64,000 nt of DNA. Source: Eledone cirrhosa. Lineage: Eukaryota. Below the pieces are notes generated by a model, which did no database searches, was not told where the DNA came from, and saw only the letters and a list, made by a program, of their open reading frames with translations. A program made the position numbers and the translations under genes. The stretch spans positions 41,602,001-41,666,000 of the forward strand of contig OZ024740.1 of NCBI GenBank assembly GCA_964016885.1, given 5' to 3'. The number at the start of each line of letters is the position of its first letter. Position 1 is the first letter of the stretch. This document shows positions 39,326 to 53,179 of the stretch, piece by piece.

Positions 39326-40037
39326 CACATATACATGAATACACATACATTTAATTATAAACATCAAATATATATATATATATATATACACTCACTCACT
39401 TATTTACTTATTTATATACATTTTCACCTATATACATACATATGGTCGCTTTTAGACACATTCATTGTAGCATATTCGCACCTATTCTCACCAGCATATT
39501 TATCCATTATTAGTGTGATAATTTAAGGTTATTAATAGTACATATATATGTTGAGAAGTGATTGTTTTTATATTTTTCTAACTAGATTGAGGATTTGTAT
39601 AGTTGGGAGGATGTCCCTTGTTTATGTAATATTCAGCTTGTAGTGGGAAAAAAGGGTTTTAGTTCGGTGGCGGCAGAATAATGTTCGTTCGATTCTGTTA
39701 TTAAGCAGTTTCTTCTTGTGTGTGATTATGTAATAAATCTCAAGATTACATAATTTGCAGACATTTTGGCTCCTGGAAAAGCTTTGGGTTTTAGCTAATT
39801 TCTCCCATTTTAGGGTAAACTTTTGATCGCCAACAACAAACTGCAGAAAGATATTAAAAAACTACGGGACGACCTTAAAAACACCAAAGGAATTGTAGTA
39901 AAAGCGGACAAAACATCTAACCTGTATACTATGGACTGCACTACATATAACAACTTCATTCGAAAAGAACTACATAAAAATATAGAAAAACGAGTGAAGT
40001 AACCCTTGAGCACATCAATGATGAGGCATGCAAAATA

Positions 40038-41213
40038 GTGAAAAATCTCGGAATCGAAGATAGGACAGGACCACTCTTACCGGCGGTACCCACCTTCAAT
40101 CTTAAGGACCATAAGGTAAACTTTGATAATGACCCTAAAATTAGACTAATCTGCCCCTCTAAATCAGATATAGGTAAAATAAGCAAATATATCTTAGATA
40201 GAATCATCCCCCAAATTAAGGCTAAGGTTAACATTAAACTCTGGGGGAAGACCCAAGAAGCAATTAGATGGTTTAATAGCATTAGCAATAAGAATAAATC
40301 TAAGTTTATCCAGTTTGATATCGATGAATATTACTCATCGATATCACCTGAAACTCTAAATAGAGCCATTGAGTTTGCTAAGGATAACTCTGACCTTACA
40401 AACGAAGAAATTAAGATTATATTAGAAGCTAGGAAAACTATAGTCAAATTTGAGAACAGTTATTGGGTTCGTAAAGATAGACCCTCCAACTTTGACATAA
40501 CAATGGGCTCTAACGATTCGGCGGAAATAACTGATATTGTGGGGTTATTTATCGCCTTTAAACTCCAGGAAAAATTCAGTAATCTCCACGGTGGAATATA
40601 CCGCGACGATGTTCTCCTCCTAGTTAAAAACCTAAATAACCAAAAACTAGAAGAACTACGCAAAGATATAAGAAAACTACTACTCGAAATAGGACTAACT
40701 ATAACATATGAACACAACCTTAAAGTAGTTAACTTCCTGGATGTCACACTCAATTTAAACTCTGGTCTGATTAAACCGTTTCATAAATTGAATGAAAATC
40801 TCAAGTACGTAAATGTTGGGTCTAACCACCCCATCTCTATAATTAAATCTATCCCTAAAAATATTTCCCTTAGAATCTCGGGTCTATCGTCTAACATACA
40901 AGTATTTAAGGAACACTCCGAGTACTACGATAACGCCCTTAATAAAGCAGGCTACCTCAATAAAATAGAGTACATAGATGAAAACAATCAAAACACCCAA
41001 AATAAATCTCACATAGGTCGAAATAATAACACAACACCAAACCATACTTACTACCATAGTGTACACACCAGTAAACCAACAAACAAAACTAATAGAAAGC
41101 GATGCAAAGAGTACTTATGGTATAACTCTGAATACAATAGTTCCATTAGTACAAATTTACCAGTACTCTTCTTTAAAATAGTTAGGAAACATTTTCCTAC
41201 AGCACACAAATAG
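40038..41213 (+). pseudogene. PLE reverse transcriptase (disrupted upstream by a frameshift, downstream by TAG)
   Basis: Motifs LKDHK..RLI, FDIDEYYSSI, ITMGS, IYRDD, VNFLDVTL, YVNVGSNHP. Confidence 0.92.
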
Positions 41214-41440
41214 CACAAAATCCTAAACCCTACCACTATAAGACTGTCATACTCTACAGCGTTAAACCTTGAACAACACATAAAAAAGATCAATACTAGA
41301 AGGTTAAACGAAAACACTAAAAACTTAAGTACAAAGAGCACAAAAAAACAGTAGACAATACACTACAGAACATAAATAAACCACACCTAAGTTCGTCCGC
41401 AATACTACTCCAGAGTAAACCTAACTACAAAACCAACGTA

Positions 41441-41878
41441 CACAACTGTAACTGCACCTATCCTGACAATTGCCCCCTCGGCAATAACTGCCTGGAAAAT
41501 AATATCACCTATAAGTGTACCATTGAATCCGGAGGTAACGAGTGGTATTACGTGGGTTCAACGGCAACATCGTTTAAATCTCGATTATATAGGCATTCTT
41601 ACTCAATAAAACACCAGAGCCAAAGAAATATAACAACTTTAGCAGAAAAAGCTTGGACACTCAGGGATAGCGATCAAAAGTTTACCCTAAAATGGGAAAA
41701 ATTAGCTAAAACCCAAAGCTTTTCCAGGAGCCAAAATTTCTGCAAATTATGTAATCTTGAGATTTATTACATAATCACACACAAGAAGAAACTGCTTAAT
41801 AACAGAATCGAACGAACATTATTCTGCCGCCACCGAACTAAAACCCTTTTTTCCCACTACAAGCTGAATATTACATAA
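41441..41878 (+). pseudogene. PLE GIY-YIG endonuclease with Cys linker
   Basis: In frame with ORF 41552: HNCNCTYPDNCPLGNNCLENNITYKC...YYVGSTATSFKSRLYRH...FCKLCNLE...LLN...CRH. Confidence 0.88.
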
Positions 41879-42170
41879 ACGAGGGATATCCTCCCAACTA
41901 TACAAATCCTCAATCTAGTTAGAAAAATATAAAAACAATCACTTCTCAACATATATATGTACTATTAATAACCTTAAATTATCACACTAATAATGGATAA
42001 ATATGCTGGTGAGAATAGGTGCGAATATGCTACAATGAATGTGTCTAAAAGCGACCATATGTATGTATATAGGTGAAAATATATATAAATAAGTAAATAA
42101 GTGAGTGAGTGTATATATATATATATATTTGATGTTTATAATTAAATGTATGTGTATTCATGTATATGTG

Positions 42171-42218
<48 letters not shown>

Positions 42219-42784
42219 GACAGGAGTATGTATGTATATATGTGTGTCTATATATGTGTGTATATGAAGATAAGTAGAGTATGAAAGTGTATATACATGA
42301 ATGCGTATGTGGGTACATATATATATGTATATGTATATATATACATATATATATATATGTACATGTATATATGTATGTAAGTATGAGCATGTTAGTATGT
42401 GTATGTGAGTGTATGTATTTGTAGAGGTGTGCATATATGTATGTGTGTGAATGTGTATGTTTTAAAAAAAAAAAGTATATATACACATATATCTATGTAT
42501 GTGCGAACGGATACACACACTTGAAAGAAAAATTTAAGTCTGTATGTTAATTAAGTGCAAACACAAAACCAACCATGCATATCTTTACTATCTCTAATCC
42601 TTCTATAGATTTAGAAAAATAACCAACGTCAAATAATGTATTCTATAAAAATGTCAAAACAACAGATGGGAATCTAATTACCCACTGCTATCAAAAAATT
42701 CATATACACTCCCTTAACTATTCTTCTAATTTCACTCCCCCCTCTTAATATTCTCTATAAAAACCAAACAAGTTCTCAATGAGA

Positions 42785-42905
42785 TTATTCTGATGAAATG
42801 ATAGTTGAAAATAACATTGAAATATTGAGTGTCTGCATAATTAATACTTTGTAGATAGCAGCTGTTTTCAGGTTATATAACTGTTATTGAAACACGTGTC
42901 AATAA
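42785..42905 (+). ncRNA. Type-I hammerhead ribozyme with a stem-II loop of about 70 nt, in the PLE pLTR
   Basis: TTATT-CTGATGA-AATGATAGTTG...TAACTGTTATT-GAAAC-ACGT-GTC|AATAA. 11-bp stem II with G-U pairs; palindromic loop III. Confidence 0.82.
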
Positions 42906-43048
42906 ATTCCTTTTACTGAACTGTATCCATTTAAATCCTTCTATTTTCTCCGGATTACTTTTGAAACTACAACTGGAACCGTCGAGCAAACCCTACGTAA
43001 GCTGTCCATCTACTGTGTGTAATATTCGTATTACAACACTACGGAAAA

Positions 43049-43119
<71 letters not shown>

Positions 43120-43130
43120 ATATATATATA

Positions 43131-43694
43131 TAAAACATGTCTATAGAATCACCAGATAAAATATATACAATTTCCTCTCCCACCTAGCATAATTAACCAT
43201 ATAAAAATCGATTAGACCAAGATATAAGAATAAAGGCTTCTATGAAGAAACCTCCGACAAACAACCGAAAGCAGCCCTTCGCGCCGGCTGCGGCGGGGCA
43301 TTTATCGAGTATTTCGACAGCGTGTACAAATCGCCCAGATATACAGTCAACAAGCAGAGTTAGGTGTAAAATAAACTAGGAGAAAAGTGAACATATTTAG
43401 TTACCTCTACCATGGTTTCGTCCGCATTTTAAGATATCCGATAACATCGGGCATCCAGAGCACCGGGCTCTTCAGGAAGTTAGCTCAAACTTAAACAATA
43501 AATTTTCTAAAGTAATCGCGCCAAGAATACATTAAAAAATGGCTAAGAATCGTGACGTAGCAGCGGTCATGTTAGAAAGAATGAGATTGGTTGCTTGCGG
43601 CTGGTGGCATTTTGCTAGAAAGCGCAGGACAATACAGCCAAAATTGCATCTCAACCTAAGGGAGATTATTACATATAAAGGTTTACATATAAAG

Positions 43695-43747
<53 letters not shown>

Positions 43748-44334
43748 TTGCAACGGGTCACTTTGTGACTCAATGAAGAGTTAATAAATTAAATAATCAG
43801 AGCCATATATCATAAAACATGTCTATAGAATCACCGGATAAAATATATACCATTTCCTCTCCCAACTAGCATAATTAACCAAATAAAAAATCGATTAGAC
43901 CAAGCTATAAGAATAAAGGCTTCTATGAAGAAACCTCCGACAAATAACCGAAAGCAGCCCTTCGCGCCGGCTGCGACGGGGCATTTATCGAGTATTTCGA
44001 CAGCGTGTACAAATCGCCCAGATATACAGTGAACAAGCAGAGTTAGGTGTAAAATAAACTAGGAGAAAAGTGAACATATTTAGTTACCTCTACCATGGTT
44101 TCGTTCGCATTTTAAGATATCCGATAACATCGGGGATCCAGAGCACTAGACTCTTCAGGAAGTTAGCTCAAACTTAGACAATAAATTTTCCAAAGTGATC
44201 GCGCCAAGAATACATTCAAAAATTGCTAAGAATTGTGACGTAGCAGCGGTCAGGTTAGAAAGAATGTGATTGGTTGCTTACGGCTGGTGCCAATTTGCTA
44301 GAAAGCGCAGCACAATACAGCTAAAATTGCATCT
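43131..44334 (-). mobile_element. Two direct copies (43131-43651, 43813-44334) of a roughly 520-bp hammerhead-bearing unit (PLE pLTR- or retrozyme-like)
   Basis: Both begin TAAAACATGTCTATAGAATCACC and end AAATTGCATCT, with scattered substitutions. Separated by about 160 bp containing (TA)n. Confidence 0.85.
43403..43480 (-). ncRNA. Type-I hammerhead ribozyme (copy 1; copy 2 at 44086-44163)
   Basis: ACTTC-CTGAAGA-GCCCG...CGGAC-GAAAC-CATG-GTA|GAGGT. Confidence 0.72.
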
Positions 44335-44404
44335 TCAGTGGTGACAGTCAAGTTTGCAATTTTCGACTGTGTCGAAAATTGCAAACTTGACTGTCACCAC
44401 TGAA
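44334..44404. repeat. Perfect hairpin, 34-bp arms, TGT loop
   Basis: TTCAGTGGTGACAGTCAAGTTTGCAATTTTCGAC-TGT-GTCGAAAATTGCAAACTTGACTGTCACCACTGAA. Confidence 0.95.
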
Positions 44405-44406
44405 TA

Positions 44407-44445
44407 TGAACCTGGAGATTGCGAAAGCATGAAAGTACTTGTTCA
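44407..44445 (+). ncRNA. Minimal hammerhead, core variant CTGGAGA
   Basis: TGAAC-CTGGAGA-TTGC-GAAA-GCAT-GAAA-GTAC-TT|GTTCA. Stem I TGAAC/GTTCA, GNRA loop II, palindromic AGTACT. Confidence 0.6.
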
Positions 44446-44601
44446 ATTAACATTTAACATTTAATATTCTACCATACTATTTCATTATAATATCATTATA
44501 ATTTTAAAGGATTGTAAATAAAACGAGTTAATCAGACAAAGTTGGAATTCCTTTTATTAATATAATCTTCTATACACAATCATACACACTCGTGCATATG
44601 T

Positions 44602-45588
<987 letters not shown>

Positions 45589-45912
45589 ATATATATATAT
45601 ATATATACATATCATCCTGTCAGCATGACTTGGCAAGCTATTTAGAACACTGGTTTAACTGCTTTACTTCCCTCCGAAGAAGAGATATTATCTCGAAAAT
45701 TAAGGACATTTAAATAAATCTAAGGTAAAAGCCTAATTGTCAACAATATCTTTTGCATTTGTATTCTTTATTCTATGTCCATACCTGCATTGTTTTGGCT
45801 TTATTATACATATACAAACGTTTATACCTCATTACACAATGCTTCAAGTGAACTATAACTTCCTCCATATATATATATATATAGTTATGTAATAAACAAC
45901 ATACGACAATTA

Positions 45913-45985
45913 TTTCATTTACCAAAGGTTTCGCGAAGACAAACGAGCTTGACGCAGACGTCTGAAATCGTTCGTCAGAACGAAA
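45913..45985 (-). ncRNA. Type-I hammerhead ribozyme
   Basis: TTTCGTT-CTGACGA-ACGA...TCGC-GAAA-CC-TTT-GG-TA|AATGAAA. Confidence 0.7.
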
Positions 45986-46145
45986 ATTTATTTACAACGG
46001 ATGTGAGATATGGATTTAAAAACAAAATCTAGAAATATTGAAAGCGAGGCTGAAATAAAATAAAATAACGGGCGTAATGTAAAGGGGAAAATAATAAATG
46101 TATATATATATATAAATATATACACATACATATATAAGCATATAC

Positions 46146-46234
<89 letters not shown>

Positions 46235-46239
<5 letters not shown>

Positions 46240-47352
46240 TATATATATATACATGGGTCATAAGTTCTAAATAGCTGTTATATATACAGTATATATATAC
46301 ATGGGTCATAAGCTCTAGGTAACTGTTATATATAAAGTATATATATACATGGGTCATAAGCTCTAGGTAACTGTTATATATAAAGTATATATATATACAT
46401 GGGTCATAAGCTCTAGGTAACTGTTATATATAAAGTATATATATACATGGGTCATAAGCTCTAGGTAACTGTTATATATAAAGTATATATATATACATGG
46501 GTCATAAGCTCTAGGTAACTGTTATATATAAAGTATATATATATACATGGGTCATAAGCTCTAGGTAACTGTTATATATACAGTATATATATATACATGG
46601 GTCATAAGCTCTAGGTAACTGTTATATATAAAGTATATATATACATGGGTCATAAGCTCTAGGTAACTGTTATATATAAAGTATATATATATACATGGGT
46701 CATAAGCTCTAGGTAACTGTTATATATAAAGTATATATATATACATGGGTCATAAGCTCTAGGTAACTGTTATATATGCAGTAATGTTTACATGGGCCAT
46801 ACGTTCTAGGTAACTGTTATATATAAAGTATATATATATACATGGGTCATAAGCTCTAGGTAACTGTTATATATAAAGTATATATATACATGGGTCATAA
46901 GCTCTAGGTAACTGTTATATATAAAGTATATATATATACATGAGTCATAATCTCTAGGTAACTGTTATATATGCAGTATATATATACATGGGTCACAAGC
47001 TCTAGGTAACTGTTATATATAAAGTATATATATACATGGGTCATAAGCTCTAGGTAACTGTTATATATGCAGTAATGTTTACATGGGCCATACGTTCTAG
47101 GTAACTGTTATATATATAGTATATATATACATGGGTCATAAGCTCTAGGTAACTGTTATATATGCAGTAATGTTTACATGGGTCATACGTTCTAGGTAAC
47201 TGTTATATATAAAGTATATATATATACATGGGTCATAAGCTCTAGGTAACTGTTATATATAAAGTATATATATATACATGGGTCATAAGCTCTAGGTAAC
47301 TGTTATATATGCAGTAATGTTTACATGGGCCATACGTTCTAGGTAACTGTTA
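46235..47352. repeat. Roughly 46-52-bp minisatellite GGGTCATAAGCTCTAGGTAACTGTTATATATAAAGTATATATATATACAT, about 23 copies
   Basis: GGGTCATAAG at 46351, 46401, 46449, 46499 and onward. Unit length varies with internal TA count; variant unit GCAGTAATGTTTACATGGGCCATACGTT. Confidence 0.97.
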
Positions 47353-47450
47353 CAATGGAAAAAAGAATTGAGGCTAATACGTTTTTAAGGATAGATAAAT
47401 CGAGTATCAATGATATATTGGAGTCAATATCATTGTATTTATTATTGTAA

Positions 47451-47570
47451 AGGTGCGTAGCTGAGTGGTTAGAGAATTGGATTCGCAATTGTGAGGCTGT
47501 GAGTTCGATTCTCGGAACGGGTGATGCGTTATGTCCTTGAGCAAGACACTTTATTTCACGTTGCGCCTTC
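47451..47570 (+). mobile_element. SINE head of the second family
   Basis: TAGCTGAGTGGTTAGAG (A-box), GAGTTCGATTCTC (B-box), TGTCCTTGAGCAAGACACTT. Confidence 0.72.
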
Positions 47571-47990
47571 TGCCTGGATTTGCGACCGGTAGATAGTATT
47601 AGCAATTGGAAAGACCAATGGAAACATTGTTTTCTCGGTCCGATTTGACGAGCTCCATTCCACTCGTTAAGCGAATGAGGTCTGGGATCTTGACGATCGG
47701 CTGTTCCTTATAATAATAATAATAATGATTTCATTTATTGGCCACAAGAGCCGACATATAAGGGACAATACAAAAGACTGGGACAGTGGCGTTTTACAGA
47801 AAAAAACGAGTAAACAATATGAATAACAATAACAAAGTAACAATAAAGTAACAAGAAAATTACAAGAAAAAATTCCCCAATAGGGGGGATGACCACCTAG
47901 GGTTCGCTCAGGTACCCCACCAGTCCTGAATGACCCGACGCTTCGAGAGCACCCTGGAAGGGCACCCCTCTCCTTTTCAAATTTACCTAC

Positions 47991-50900
47991 CTACAGCCGC
48001 ATGACCAGAGTAGGCCCACTCACACGGGCCATTCTCGCCACATTCACCCACCTTTCAGCAAATGTACTGGGGGGAAGCACATCTCTCTCCACCCTCACCT
48101 TCCTTTCCAAGTGAAACTTGAAAAAGTTGATGAGGGATTGGCCGAAGAGAAAAGTGTCTGTCTTCAGTCCTTTCAACCTCGTCCACTATACAACCTCTTT
48201 CGCTACTGCCACCAGACAGAGGAAAATTGCCTGCCCTTCCTGGCCAAAAGAAGGCGGCGGGTCGATCTTCACTATGGACTCGGCCGATAGCCGGATCCGT
48301 TCTACACGCGACAACAGCTGTTCAACATAACTCCACAAGTCAGTAATGCACGGACACTGGACGAGTGCGTGCAGAACGGTTTCGTCGCTCTGCGCACATC
48401 TCAGGCAGGTCCATCTGACAGCACTTCAGTGCCTGTAGAGTTTATCTCGAACCGGCAGTGCCCCCCGGTAGCACTGCCAAGCGAGGGATCTTTGGAAATT
48501 ATCTATCGTCCCCGGCTCGAAAGTCCTCCGGTACAGACTGGTTAGTTCGACTTTGTTGACTCCCAGATCCTCTCCGAGTTCGTCGTCGCACTTGCCCACC
48601 ACTAATCCTCTATAGAACTCGAGAGGGAAGTTCCACTGACCGCATTGCCCGCCTGGTAGAGGGCTGTGAGTGGCTGGCAACATTCCAGATGCCAGTCACC
48701 CAGTTTCGGTCTCTTCTTGACCCAGGACTGCAACTCAGTCAAAGAAACGAGCTGCGGAAAGGCCCGTCTGACAAACAGCGACCAAACCTGTTCACCGTTT
48801 AGGCAGAATATCTGGAGATGCCGCAGCCTCAGCGCGTTCCTGCGCATCATTAGCCACGGCATGCCCAGCCCTCCACGTAGAGGGTGCTGGCAGCAGATGG
48901 ACCGCCTCACCAGCGGAACCTGACCCCTCCACAAGAATTTGAAGAGCAGCCGCTCCAAGATGGCGAGGCGCGAACGGGGCCAAGGGACGACAGTCAGACG
49001 GTAGTAGATGACGGACGCGATGTACGCGTTCGGCACCTCCGCCCGACCTTTCAGTGATAGCTTCATCCCAGCCCATTTCTGAGTGAGACTGACTACCCTG
49101 CCCGTCACCTCGTCCCAATTCTTATCCACCTGGAGGTCTGGCCCGAACCAAACCCCTAGCAACTTTACCGGTCCGTCCGTCCAGCGCCTAACGACGCTGT
49201 GGACGGCATGGACTTGCCTCTCCAGGTGCCGAGTTGCAAGCCCACTGACTTTTCCGGGTTAAGTTTTGCTCCCGTCAACCTTTCATATTCCTCCAATAAT
49301 TTGCCGACCACCTCGATTTCTGAGGTGTCCGACACCATCACGGTGATGTCGTCCGCATAAGCCGACACAGCCTTTCCGCGTCCCGGTTCGAGCGGGATGC
49401 CCTGCAACAGCTCCAGCTTCCGCAGTAAAGGCTCGAGAGTCAATACGTACAGAAGGGAGGAGAGAGGGCACCCTTGAAGGACCGATCGGGAGACCTGAAA
49501 CGGTTCCGAGAGGTGGCCATTAATTTTGACCATCGAGCAGGTGCCGCTGTGCATTGCAGCGATCCAGCTTCTGAAGACGGGGCCGAAGCCAGCCGCCTTG
49601 AGGACAGCCTCCAGGTACCGATGGTCGACCCTATCGAATGCTTTCGATTGATCTAAATTGATCAGAGCCCCACCGAAGCCAGGTTTACACCCTACCCCCT
49701 TTATGATGTATCGCATTAGGTGGAGGTTGTCGTGTATGGACCTGGTTGGGATTGCGCAAGTTTACGCCTCCCCAACCAAATCCCCGACGACAAGCGCCAA
49801 CCTCTTCGCTAACATCCTGGCCAAAATCTTAAACTCTGTGTTGAGCAGAGTTATGGGCCTGAAATTGTCTAATGTATCCCTCCTGTTCTCGTCTTTCCTT
49901 ATCAGCGTCACTACGCCCCGGCTCACAGAACTGGGAATACTCCCGTTTTGCTGCCAGTTGCTGTACAGGGCTTCGAGGAGATTGGAGAACAAGTCTGGCA
50001 TATTTACGTAAAGCTCGTAGGGCAGACCATCCAAACCGGGTGACTTGCGCCTCATGCAGCCGACAAGGGCATCCTGAATCTCGGCTGGAGTAATTGGCCT
50101 TTCGCAGCGCCCAGCGTCAGCCGTCGAGAGTTGCGGCAAGCCATCGAGGTAGGGACTGAAGTCCGCCACCATCTCTGACCCGCCACTTTCCCCGAACAAC
50201 CGAGAAAAATGTTGGCGAAAGACCTCACACATCCTCTTGAAATCGCTCAGCTCGTGCCCGTCTCGGTCCGTGAAAGACCGAATCGTGGTTTTATTACCAC
50301 GATGCGCCTCTGCCACGCGGGCCCATCGAACAGCTTTGGTTCCCTCGTTTCTCAGAGCACGCGCCTTAGCTCTGACAATGCAACCTTCGTGTTTCGCATT
50401 GAAGAAATGGTCTAATGCCATTCTCGCCACTAGCACATCAGTTGCAATGCCACTACCAATAGCCTCGTCTAACTTATCTACCAACTCCCCCTCCTTTCTA
50501 TTTTTCTCTAACGCTACTTCTTTGCTAAACTCTATCGACATTACTCTAATCTCTCTTTTGAGAGCCCCCCACCATCTGTTGTTGACGATTCCCCCTGTCA
50601 ACTTTTTCTTAACTAAATTGTTGACCTGGTCCCTGTAAGCCTTACGTGCCGGAAATGACATGTTTAGCTTCCAGTAACCAGGTCCTAACCTACGCGTTTC
50701 TAGGTCGACCATACAGATCACAAAGTTGTGATCTGAATAGGCGACCGTTTCAAAACGTGAACAGCTTACACTATTTCTGTCTATTTTCCTAATGAATATC
50801 CTGTCTATATACGATCTCGATAACCCTATGCGGTTAGCCCAGGTCCACACTGGCGCATTAGGGAAATCTAGTCGGTACCTGTAAGACAGTTGGAACTGGC

Positions 50901-51411
50901 TGATCAAGTTCTTGAGGCTTTTGCACACCCCGCTCCTATCGGATACTCCTCCCACACAGTCCCAGCGTGCGTCTAAGATGCCGTTCCAGTCCCCCGCTAA
51001 CAGTAAAGGGCGAGACGTGCCCAGAAAGGCTTCCAGGCGTCTAAAGAAGTCCGGCCGTCCTGCCCCAGTAGGAGCATAGACGGCCACCAGTCTAAAGGCA
51101 CCACCATCATTATTGTTCACGTCCAGGACCACCAACTTCCCGTTCGGGTCCCGGAAGATCGACCTTACCTCGAGATCCAGGCCTTTCCTAAACAGCACTG
51201 CCACACCGCCTCCCATTCCCGGCCGGCTAACATATGCAAAGATCTGATAGTCGTCGAAAATGGGGGCTAGTACGCGCGTGTCGGAAATCCTGGTCTCGCT
51301 AACTGCAATTACATCCATTTCTATAGACCTGAGGTCGTTGAGCAGGTGACCCTGCTTCCAGGACGATCCCAGGCCTCGAACATTTAAACATTCTACTCTT
51401 AATACGGTCAT
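47991..51411 (-). pseudogene. E1 ORF2: AP endonuclease, reverse transcriptase, C-terminal Cys motif; broken by stops/frameshifts
   Basis: LNVRGL, SET, YAP, GDWN, SYIDRIF, SDH; KSPGLDG, FRPITLLN, DQSKAFDRV, QGCPLS, YADD; CLRCAQSDETVLHALVQC. Confidence 0.93.
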
Positions 51412-51442
51412 GTTGGCAAGTTAAACAGAGAGAGAGGAAGGT

Positions 51443-53179
51443 TTACTTACCTTCCGGGCTCTTGTGAAGGTCGGGTTGTTCGACCTCCATAGTTAGTGGG
51501 ATTTCTTTTGGGAACCCCTTTAAAAGTCTTGAAGTGGGTTTTACGTTCGGGGTTCCCACGTCCCGAGGAAAGCTGTCTCGTATTTCTTTGAATATGTCGA
51601 GCGACATTCGCACCAGAACCAAATCTTCCGGCACGGGAAATGTGCTCGATTAAAAAATTTCTCCCTCATTTTGTATATTTTCACTTCGTGCTACGAGGGC
51701 CATCAGTTCCTTGTTGGCCCTCCTGACGAGCACGAAGTTTTGTATGTTTTATGGGTGTGATTTTAATGTTTGCGTGGCTGTGGTGGTGGTGGTTTTGGTG
51801 GTGTTGTTTTGGTTGTATCTATGTTTGTCGTGAGTGCGGTGTCTGTGGTTTCAGATGTTTGTGTGTATATTTGTTCTAGCGTCTGTTTCGGTTGTTTGCG
51901 CCTGGGGGATTCTGGTGATGGTGATGGTGATGGTGGTGTTGATGTTGGTGTTATTGGAGAGATGTTTGCGTGGGTGCTGTCTGCGTTTTTTATTGTGGGT
52001 GCTTTTGTGCTTTGTTGTGTTTTTTTTTCCTTTTTGTGTTTCCCTTTTTTGTATTTTGGAGGATTTTGGATTTCCCTCATTTTCACTACTGGTAGATGAG
52101 GGGTCTGTGTCTGTAAGTGTGTCTGTATGTATGTTTATGGTTTTATTGGTGTGTGTATTTTTGGGGGGAGGGGGAATTTGACAGCTTTCCTCGTTTCTCC
52201 CCTGGGTGGTCAATGTTGGTGGTGGTCTTTCTATTGGTGTTGTTGTTGGTGGTTTTGCCGGTGCTGGTGTTAGTTGTGGTCCTCGCCCCGGCGTCGGCAG
52301 CAGTGGAGCCTTTCGACCCCTTGCCTCTTTCAGCAGTTGAGGGCAGAAGGGTCGCAAATGGGTTTTTTCCCCACAAACAAAACACTGCGGCCTTTTGCCT
52401 TCGGTCATAATGTGAATGACCGTCCCATTCTGAAGGCGGATGTAGTCTGGGATTGTCTTCACATTCTCGAGCCTGATCTGGAGAAGGATCTCCAGGTCAA
52501 CTCCGGACCAGTCCTCTCTGGCCGTTCTGGTTACTTCTATAGGGACTGTATCAGTCCCTTCCACAATCACACATCCCAGAAGCCACCACATGTCAAGTCC
52601 TGGTGGGATTCTGGGAATGCGGAGACGGGCCGTTCTTTTTCCCATGTGGGAGGGGTACATTATGACCTTGCTGGTTTTGCAAGGAGTCATAGCGTGTTTC
52701 ATAGCGAGGGCTTCTGACTTGAACAACACCGAAATGGTGCCGTACTGTCTGCCCCTCTCTATGTACTGGGTGTCTTCTCTGATGCACCTCAGCGCGACTT
52801 CGACATCTTCTTGTTGGATTAAAGCTGCCCTTTTGGTTTGTGCTGAGATGCATCTATAATGCACCGTTCTGCCCTCCACAGCCTCAATAGCTTCTACCGG
52901 GACAGTTAAGTTGGCCCAGGTTTGCTCTTGCTTGATGAGCTTCCATGCCTGGGCCAACTTTTCATCTTTGTTTGAGAGGTCCATGTTGAAGCATGGCCTC
53001 TTTTTTGTTGCTGCCGCAGCGAAAGTGTTCTTCTTGTTTTCGTTGGGGGTTTTGTTGTCGTTGTTCTTGTTGGTGTTGTTGTTAGCACTGTCGCTGTTAT
53101 CATTGTTGTCTTTGTTGCCACCGTTGTTCTCGGTGCAGTTGGTATTGTTGCTGTTGGTGTTGTCGCTATTTGTTTTCAT
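51443..53179 (-). pseudogene. E1 ORF1 (gag-like nucleic-acid-binding protein), frameshifted
   Basis: CFVCGEKTHLRPFC (CX2CX4HX4C) with Asn/Thr/Pro-rich low-complexity flanks; continues in ORF pieces 51763-52086 and 51443-51634. Confidence 0.85.
51445..51453 (-). promoter_or_regulatory. Consensus 5' splice site AAG|GTAAGT at the E1 ORF1 stop
   Basis: Minus strand CCGGAAG|GTAAGTAAAC; first intron base 51450, 39 nt before the ORF2 ATG. Use is not demonstrated. Confidence 0.55.

Larger units (their letters stand above)
38539..43051 (+). mobile_element. Penelope-like element (RT plus C-terminal GIY-YIG), 5'-truncated, with an inverted 1.3-kb copy of its 3' part; probably Hydra-clade-like
   Basis: 38539-39830 is the reverse complement of 41670-42940. 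The body starts at about 39831 (..VVKADKTSNLY). Tail 42941-43051. (TA)n on both sides. CxCx5C linker CNCTYPDNC. Confidence 0.92.

Noticed and set aside
40038-41878. Selenocysteine read-through or an intact autonomous PLE
   Set aside because: The interrupting stops are TAG/TAA with frameshifts, not TGA at Cys positions, and the element is 5'-truncated.
46235-47352. Common origin of the 50-bp minisatellite and the 19-bp satellite (shared ATATAAC and CCATGT on opposite strands)
   Set aside because: Matches are too short in AT-rich sequence to be meaningful.
47451-47525. tRNA gene (A- and B-boxes)
   Set aside because: No convincing cloverleaf, and it continues into a SINE central domain shared with 35150-35415.
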